A stretch of DNA of 64,000 bases. It comes from the human T2T-CHM13v2.0 reference genome, Homo sapiens. Shown here piece by piece: positions 57,163 through 64,000 of this stretch (position 1 is the first letter of the stretch; each line of letters begins with the position of its first letter). Where the stretch lies: assembly GCF_009914755.1 (NCBI RefSeq), contig NC_060929.1, one strand, 5' to 3'. A model generated the notes under the pieces. The model saw only the letters and a program-made list of their open reading frames with translations. It had not been told where the DNA came from and did not search any database. Both the position numbers and the translations under genes were made by a program.

Positions 57163-57462
57163 GATTCTAAGGGCAATCTTTGAATTCTATCTACCACAAA
57201 GGTCCAGAACTAAATATGAAAGTTATACACACAATTTAATGTAAAGCAGAAAACCTCTATAAACTTTAGTTTACAGAAAATTTAAAAATAGGTAATATGT
57301 TTAATGACAAAATGAAATAATTGGACAAATCTAAAATGACATATAAGTTACAAGTTGAGAACAGTACAAAGAGTCAATATCATAAAAAAAGTAGAAAAAT
57401 TTTCAGATTCAAATAAATTACAAAAACAGTACAATGCACTGTGTGAAATCTAATTAGATGCT

Positions 57463-57812
57463 TACAATGGACTGAATATTTGTGTCTGCCCAAAATGAAT
57501 CCCTAATTCCAATGTGATAGTATTTGGAGGTGAGGCCTTAGGAAGGTAATTAGGTCGTGAAGATAGACCTTTCATGGATAGAATTAGTGAGTTTATGAGA
57601 AGAGGCCAGAGAGCTAGTTAGCTTCTTTCCACCATGTGAAGATACAATGAAAAATCAATAGTCAGCAATTCAGAAGAGGGCCTTCACTAGAAACCAACCA
57701 CGTTGGTACTCTGATTTTAGACTTTAAGGCTCCAGAACTGTGTGAAATAAATTTCTGTTACTTATAGCCATTCAGTCAATGGTACTTTGTTATATCAGCC
57801 GAAACTAAGACA
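57463..57812 (+). mobile_element. MLT1A0-like LTR
   Basis: ATGGACTGAATATTTGTGTC...GTATTTGGAGGTGAGGCC...AACTAAGACA; TSD A(T/G)GCT. Confidence 0.85.
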
Positions 57813-57819
57813 AGGCTAA

Positions 57820-58020
57820 GAAATAAAGAGAGCGAGGAAGAGAGAGAGACAGAGAGAGAGACAGGAAAAGAAAAAAAGAAGAAGAAAGAAGAGGGAGGAG
57901 GAGGAGAGGAAGGATGGGAGGGAGGGAGGGAAAGAGGGAGGGAGGGAGGAAGGAAGGGAGGGAGGGAAAAGGAAATAAAGAAAATGAAGAAAAGAGACAA
58001 GAAGAGAAAAAAGAAATGAG
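57820..58020. repeat. Polypurine (GA/GGA/GGGA) low-complexity tract
   Basis: direct inspection. Confidence 0.85.
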
Positions 58021-58177
58021 CTCTGGTTATGTAAAAGAAAGTTCTTATTATTTCTTCAGAACATATGCTATATATTTACATATAAAGCATCATGATATCT
58101 AGAAATTACTTTCAAATAATTTAGCAATTAGATAGATGGATGATTAATAGATAGATAGACAGATAGATAAATAGAAT

Positions 58178-58577
58178 AATGGGCTGAATTGTATGCCCCC
58201 AAAATTTATATGTTGAAGCCCTAAAGTATTATAGGTTTGTGCAAAAGTAATTGCAGTTTTTGCCATTACTGTTAATGGGAAAAGCCTCAATGACTTTTTC
58301 ACCAACCTAATACCTCAGAATGTGACTGTATTTGGAGATAAAGTATTTAAAGAGGTAATTAAGTTATGAGTTCATTACAGTGGGCCCAAATCCAATATGG
58401 CTTGTGTCCTTATAAGAATAAGAAATTTGAAGAGACAGGTACAAAAGGAAGACAACGTAAAGACACGGGGAGATGGCCATCTACAAGCCAAGGAAAAGGA
58501 TCTTAGAAGAAAACAACCCTGTTGACAAAGCACACAGTCTACGGAATTTGGTATGGCAGCCGTAGCAAACTAATATA
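58178..58577 (+). mobile_element. MLT1B LTR with MADE1 insertion and internal deletion
   Basis: ATGGGCTGAATTGTATGCCCCC...ACCTCAGAATGTGACTGTATTTGGAGATA...GCAAACTAATA. Confidence 0.85.
58231..58310. mobile_element. MADE1 (Hsmar1-derived 80-bp mariner MITE)
   Basis: TAGGTTTGTGCAAAAGTAATTGCAGTTTTTGCCATTACTGTTAATGGGAAAAGCCTCAATGACTTTTTCACCAACCTAA, near-palindromic, flanked by TA. Confidence 0.93.
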
Positions 58578-58765
58578 AGTGATAGATAGAAAAATAGAGA
58601 GACAGAGTGCGAATTGAGAGGGTGGGGAAGAACCACAATATATTCCAGTTTACAGGTTTTAAACTAGAAACTATGAGCTTTCATAACTGTGGCAGAACTG
58701 GGGATGAAAACATCAGGTAAGTCACTACCACAGTTCGAAGAAACACTGTCAAAAGTCAAGGAAGC

Positions 58766-59070
58766 TGCTGGGCTCAGTGACTCATGCCTGTAACCCCAGC
58801 ACTTTCGGAGGACAAGATGGGCAGGTCACTTGAAGCCAGGATTTCGAGACCAGCCTGGCCAATATAATGAAATGCGGTCTCTACTAAAATACAAAATATT
58901 AGCCTGGCATGGTGGTGTACACCTGTAATCCCAGATGCTCAGGAGGCTGAGGCACAAGAATCACTTGAACCAGGAGGCAGAGGTTGCAGTGAGCTGAGAT
59001 CATGCTACTGCACTCCAGCCTGGGTGACCGAGTGAGACTCTGCCTCAAAAAAAAAAAAAAAAAAAAAAAA
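58766..59070 (+). mobile_element. Alu, older AluS/AluJb-like
   Basis: Alu dimer, TCACTTGAAGCCAGGA; TSD AAAA(G/A)TCAA(G/T)GAAGC. Confidence 0.93.
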
Positions 59071-59175
59071 TCAATGAAGCAAATGCGCTGAAGGCCTCCT
59101 TCTGAAGCATTAAAGTGTATGGTTCTCAACAGCTCATGGGAAAGCCGCTGAAATTCCTAAGAATTTCAAAGAAAG

Positions 59176-59579
59176 TATTGTAGACTGAATTGTGCCACCC
59201 TCCACACCCAATTCATATGTTGCAGTCCCAGTTTCCTCCCTTTGTGACTATACTTTGAAATAGGGCATTTAAAGAGGTAGCTAAGTTAAAATAAGGCAGA
59301 TAGCCCGTATGTGGCCCTAATTCAATTTTACTGGTGTCCTTAGAAGACAAGATTAGGATGTACAGATTGGCACCTGGGGTGCAGGGGGACAGCCATGTAA
59401 GGACCTATCAGTGAGAAGGCGGCCATCTGCCAGCCAAGGAGAGGGGCCTCAGGAGAAAACAACTCTGCTGGCACCTTGATCTTAGACTGCCAACTTTCAT
59501 AACTGTGACAAAATAAATTTCTGTTGTTTAAGCTAGTCATTCTGTGAATTTTGTTAGGGAAGCCCAGCAAACTAATATA
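59176..59579 (+). mobile_element. MLT1B LTR
   Basis: GACTGAATTGTG...GGCCATCTGCCAGCCAAGGAGAGGGGCCTCAGGAGAAAAC...GCAAACTAATA; TSD GAAA(G/A). Confidence 0.88.
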
Positions 59580-60540
59580 GAAAAATATTCAATTGCCTCA
59601 GTGAGCAGCAGCAAAACAGTTGGTTCTCAAGAAATTGCCAGGAAGCCAAAGTAAATCTCACATTAGGATGCAACTGCCTTTGGAAAATAATAGCTTCTCC
59701 CTCTCTTCTACTTTCCAGACTCCATGTAATTCTGAATATCACACAGGAAAGGGGATTATGAAAAATATGGTTTCCAGCTTCTCTTCTGTGCATAGAAGAG
59801 ACTTTAGAAGATGCTATTGGTGAATCTAAGTCGACAACAGATGATGAGGCATAGTATTGATAAGTACACCGAGAAGTTTGGAATATGCATATGGAAGTTT
59901 GTAAGCACAGCACAGCCTTTTTAAAGTTATGGAAGCCAAATGTGAATGAGTCATTATTCCTAAAGATTTCAAGATGTAATTCAGATGACAACAGCAACAA
60001 CAAAATATCCCAAGTGTTTTTTAGGATATAAAATAATCTTCTCTAAATGAACACATCTTCATCTCATATTCCAAAGATTATCACAATAATGTAATTTTCT
60101 GGCAAAAATGGGCAGCTCATATTAAAACATAAAATCATTTAAAACACAAGGACATAAAAACACTCTGAACAAGAAACAATAAATAAAAGAGACCATGATT
60201 CACAACAAAGAGAGGATGAGAGAAAGAACAAAAAACTCTCAAAGACTTTACATAACACTATTATCACAGCTTATATCATTTTGCCTACCATGTTTAAAGA
60301 GATAAAAAAAAAATCTTAAAAATATTTGCACGGTATGGGAAACCAGAAATACAAGAAAAAAATAACTCTCATTCAATTGACAAACTCACTAAAATTTAAG
60401 CTCAGCTGAAAAGAGAGTTAGCCAAGGTATGGATAAAAAAAGGAAATTGTCCAGAATACTATTTGGGTTGAAACAGGCTGCAAAACATTTAAAAAAAAAA
60501 AAAAAAAAAAAGGTTAAAGGTTAAGCTACATAGATGACAG

Positions 60541-61302
<762 letters not shown>

Positions 61303-61326
61303 ATAGCACAATGCTGCCTAACATAT

Positions 61327-61735
61327 TACAGCAGATGCTGTTGGTTCTCTACCCATACCCAGTAATCCTTTTCATTTCAGTATACACTGGCTCTACTTCT
61401 GATGGATAATTCCTACATTTTTTTTTGTCTGAGGTCTTTTACTGGCTGCCAAAACACTGTATGCTGCCAGATGAGGCCGAAAATTAAACATACACATACA
61501 GATGTGCACATATACACACATACCAGTTATTACCCTTAAACAATTGCCTACAGGAGATAGTGGGTACATACTCAACTTCTCCAACCCTCAGGTAAAAACA
61601 GATGGTGCACACACCTTCATTGTATCCAAAGCTTCTTACTAGCATTAAATTTCAGTTACCACATTGGTGACTGTTAGGTAAGGAGTTTAATAATGGCTTC
61701 CTTTCCATCCTGACTTTATTCTTTATTTCTCTACT
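61327..61735 (+). mobile_element. LTR16C-like ERVL LTR
   Basis: GCAGATGCTGTTGGTTCTCTACCCATA...CATTTCAGTATACACTGG...TGTCTGAGGTCTTTTACTGGCTGCC collinear with recalled LTR16C. Confidence 0.7.
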
Positions 61736-61869
61736 TAAAAAAAAAAAGTAATAAATGTGAAAAAGAAAACTGTTAAGTTATAAGAAAATTGGTTAATAAT
61801 GAGTAAAACATATTTGTTAGCAAGACACATGAACTGGTTAGTTAAATACTATGAATAAATACATTATTA

Positions 61870-62400
61870 AACAATAAGTAAAATGACAATTCAAGTCACA
61901 ATCTGGAAGAATATTATAACACATGTAATCAAAAAGATTAATATCCAAACTTAAAAATACAAAAATTTTGTAAATCGATTTAAAAAAAATGAATCAGAAA
62001 CTAGACTAAAATATGCAACAGGGACTTGGTGAAACATAAGTCCAAATGGTCAGTACAAATACGAAAAGATTTTCAAACTCATAAGTAATCAAGTAAATAC
62101 AAATTAAAACCAAAAGAAGATACTTGCATGTATTTGCTACAGTGCCAAATATATAAACATCTTAAAACTTTTTGCTAACTATATGGAGCAACGGAAACTG
62201 TCACACACTAATGGTGGTAGTATAAATTGGCATGACATTTTAAAACAGCTTGGCATCATCTAATAAATTGAAGAACCTCACACTTTATTGCAATAATTCT
62301 CTCCCAGAGAAGTTTTATGGGTTTGGATAAATAGCAGCATTGTTACAATAGCCCCAGTTTTAAAAAAATCTATCAATTATACATTGTATAAATTAATATC
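61870..62400 (+). mobile_element. Old L1ME-type 3' fragment
   Basis: AAGTAAATACAAATTAAAACC; ATGGAGCAACGGAAACTGTCACACACTAATGGTGGTAGTATAAATTGG. Confidence 0.7.
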
Positions 62401-62999
62401 TCACTTTTAATTGTCATGTGAAGTTCAAATGAGGTATGTCATTTGAGGCATATTTAAATAATAATTTTTTTAATTAAAAGACAATAAACACATAATAGAT
62501 GATAACATGGAATATTACATGCCAATAATATTATCAACAAGTATGTGAGTACATGTCAGCTTTTAAAATAAAGATACATGTGTTTTAAATTTTATTATTT
62601 GTTTCTGAGACGATGAGACTGTCAGACTTGTAAACTGTAGGGTGTGTTAATAGTGCAAATTATATAGTTGATATCTTAACTTCAAGTAAGATAGTTTCTT
62701 TCTTTGAATTTTCACTTTTCATGTCTCAAAATCCTATTTAAAATAACAATCCAACTCCAAGTTAGAAAAAGAATAGAACATTTCTCAGCCTTGTATAAAA
62801 TTTAAGTAATTTTGTGTGTATATAACCTAATCGTAGAGGGAAAAGTCCATTATCCATGTATTTTATCAAGGAGTCAGGTCATTGCATACGGTTTGTAACT
62901 CCCTAATGACTGGGTAAAGATTATTTTCTGTGGTAATTTGCAGATGTTATCCTACCATTATCTAGGTTCCATTGCTCTATGGAGCAATGGACATGACAA

Positions 63000-63381
63000 A
63001 ATCGACTAGATTATGCCACATTACCAAACACCTCCCAGGACCAAAACCTTAATAAGGTACATGTTTATACACTCGCTCTTAGTATCTATGTGGGTAAGTG
63101 TATGGGTTGGCAGGGGCCCTGCTTACCAGAGAGATGCAGGCTGATGAAAGCTCTTAAGACACGGTTTCAAAGGCACCACAGCTAAAGGACATAAGTATAG
63201 TAAGTTATGCACTGGTTTTAGCTTCCAGCCATACCTGATACTCATCACTTCTGTTTATATTTCACTGGACAAAGAAGGTTACATAGCCACCCTAACTTCA
63301 AATGGGGTAAGAATGTTTAATTCTGCCATGTGCCTAGAAGGAGAATCAAAATATACATAAACAGTTCTAATAGCAATCACA
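63000..63381 (-). mobile_element. MLT1J/K/L-type MaLR LTR
   Basis: CATCACTTCTGTTTATATTTCACTGGACAAAG...CATAGCCACCCTAACTTCAA...TCTGCCATGTGCCTAGAAGGAGA. Confidence 0.6.
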
Positions 63382-64000
63382 GTAAATAACCAGCTATTTC
63401 TGTCTGGAATCTTGTACATTCAGGAATTCAATCAGAAAATAACTAGGTTTATTAACCCATGCTAGTACTTAATGAACATTTTCAGTCTGCAGACTCAAGA
63501 CTTTTATTACATAAGAAAAACACATTTTATCATTTCCCTAATCGTTGTGCTCCATCTGTTTATTTTTCTCTTTTTGGGAGTTACGCATCTCTAATCTTTT
63601 TATGTCTTTTTTTTTTTAATCTCAATGTCAATTTCCTTATAGTGTGGTCTGTTTTGAGTTATTTCTTCTACTTGTTATTCCAAGCCACTAATAAAGGTGA
63701 CTAGCCTTTCCTTCAACTATTGGTTTCTTTTTTGTTTTGGTTCCCAAATCTTGCTTGCTATTATTTTTATAGCTGTTTCCCCAGTTCCAGAAGTTTTAGT
63801 TGTGCTACACTTGAATTTTCTTTAGTGTTCTCACTATTTTTCTTTAATGTGTACTCTCTCACCTCGCTGTCCTATTTTATTAGGATTTTTCTAACTCGCA
63901 CAGTTTGCTTGTATTTTTCACTTGGCTAATGGGTCTTCTTGGATTTGCTATTATTATTAATTTGTTTACTTATATTGTCGGTCGGCTTGCTGCTTTAGCT

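Larger units (their letters stand above)
54513..57198 (-). mobile_element. MLT1E/F-like MaLR LTR split by three later LTR insertions
   Basis: GCTGTGTAACAGATTACC...GGCTTAAAACAACACAAATTTATTATC / TCACA...; resumes at 56324 and 57163; ends GAATTCTATCTACCACA (reverse of TGTGGTAG LTR start). Confidence 0.7.

Noticed and set aside
57895-57970. G-quadruplex-capable (GGGA)n run
   Set aside because: Ordinary low-complexity polypurine tract with no promoter context

Overview
AT-rich primate (most likely human) genomic DNA that reads as intergenic or deep-intronic. I can support no protein-coding gene: the ORF track consists of Alu, L1, LTR and microsatellite read-throughs or short random ORFs. The window is dominated by interspersed repeats: about 15 Alu/FLAM copies, several old L1 fragments, L2/MIR/L3 relics, ERV1 and ERVL/MaLR solo LTRs, hAT and mariner MITEs, and a 3'-truncated 5S rRNA pseudogene. 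The points most worth a second look are (i) a CpG-retaining, HOX/MEIS-motif-rich unique block at ~15.0-15.55 kb that looks like a conserved enhancer, (ii) a CpG-retaining unique block at ~23.84-24.0 kb with splice-site-like signals on both strands, (iii) a complex, recent template-switch-type duplication inside a MaLR LTR that sits in a multi-layer LTR nest (54.5-57.2 kb), (iv) a ~64-bp L1PA 3' tail inserted inside an Alu, and (v) a MADE1 hairpin. I see no evidence of a genuinely new biological system. Repeat subfamily names are from recalled consensus motifs and need RepeatMasker/Dfam confirmation.
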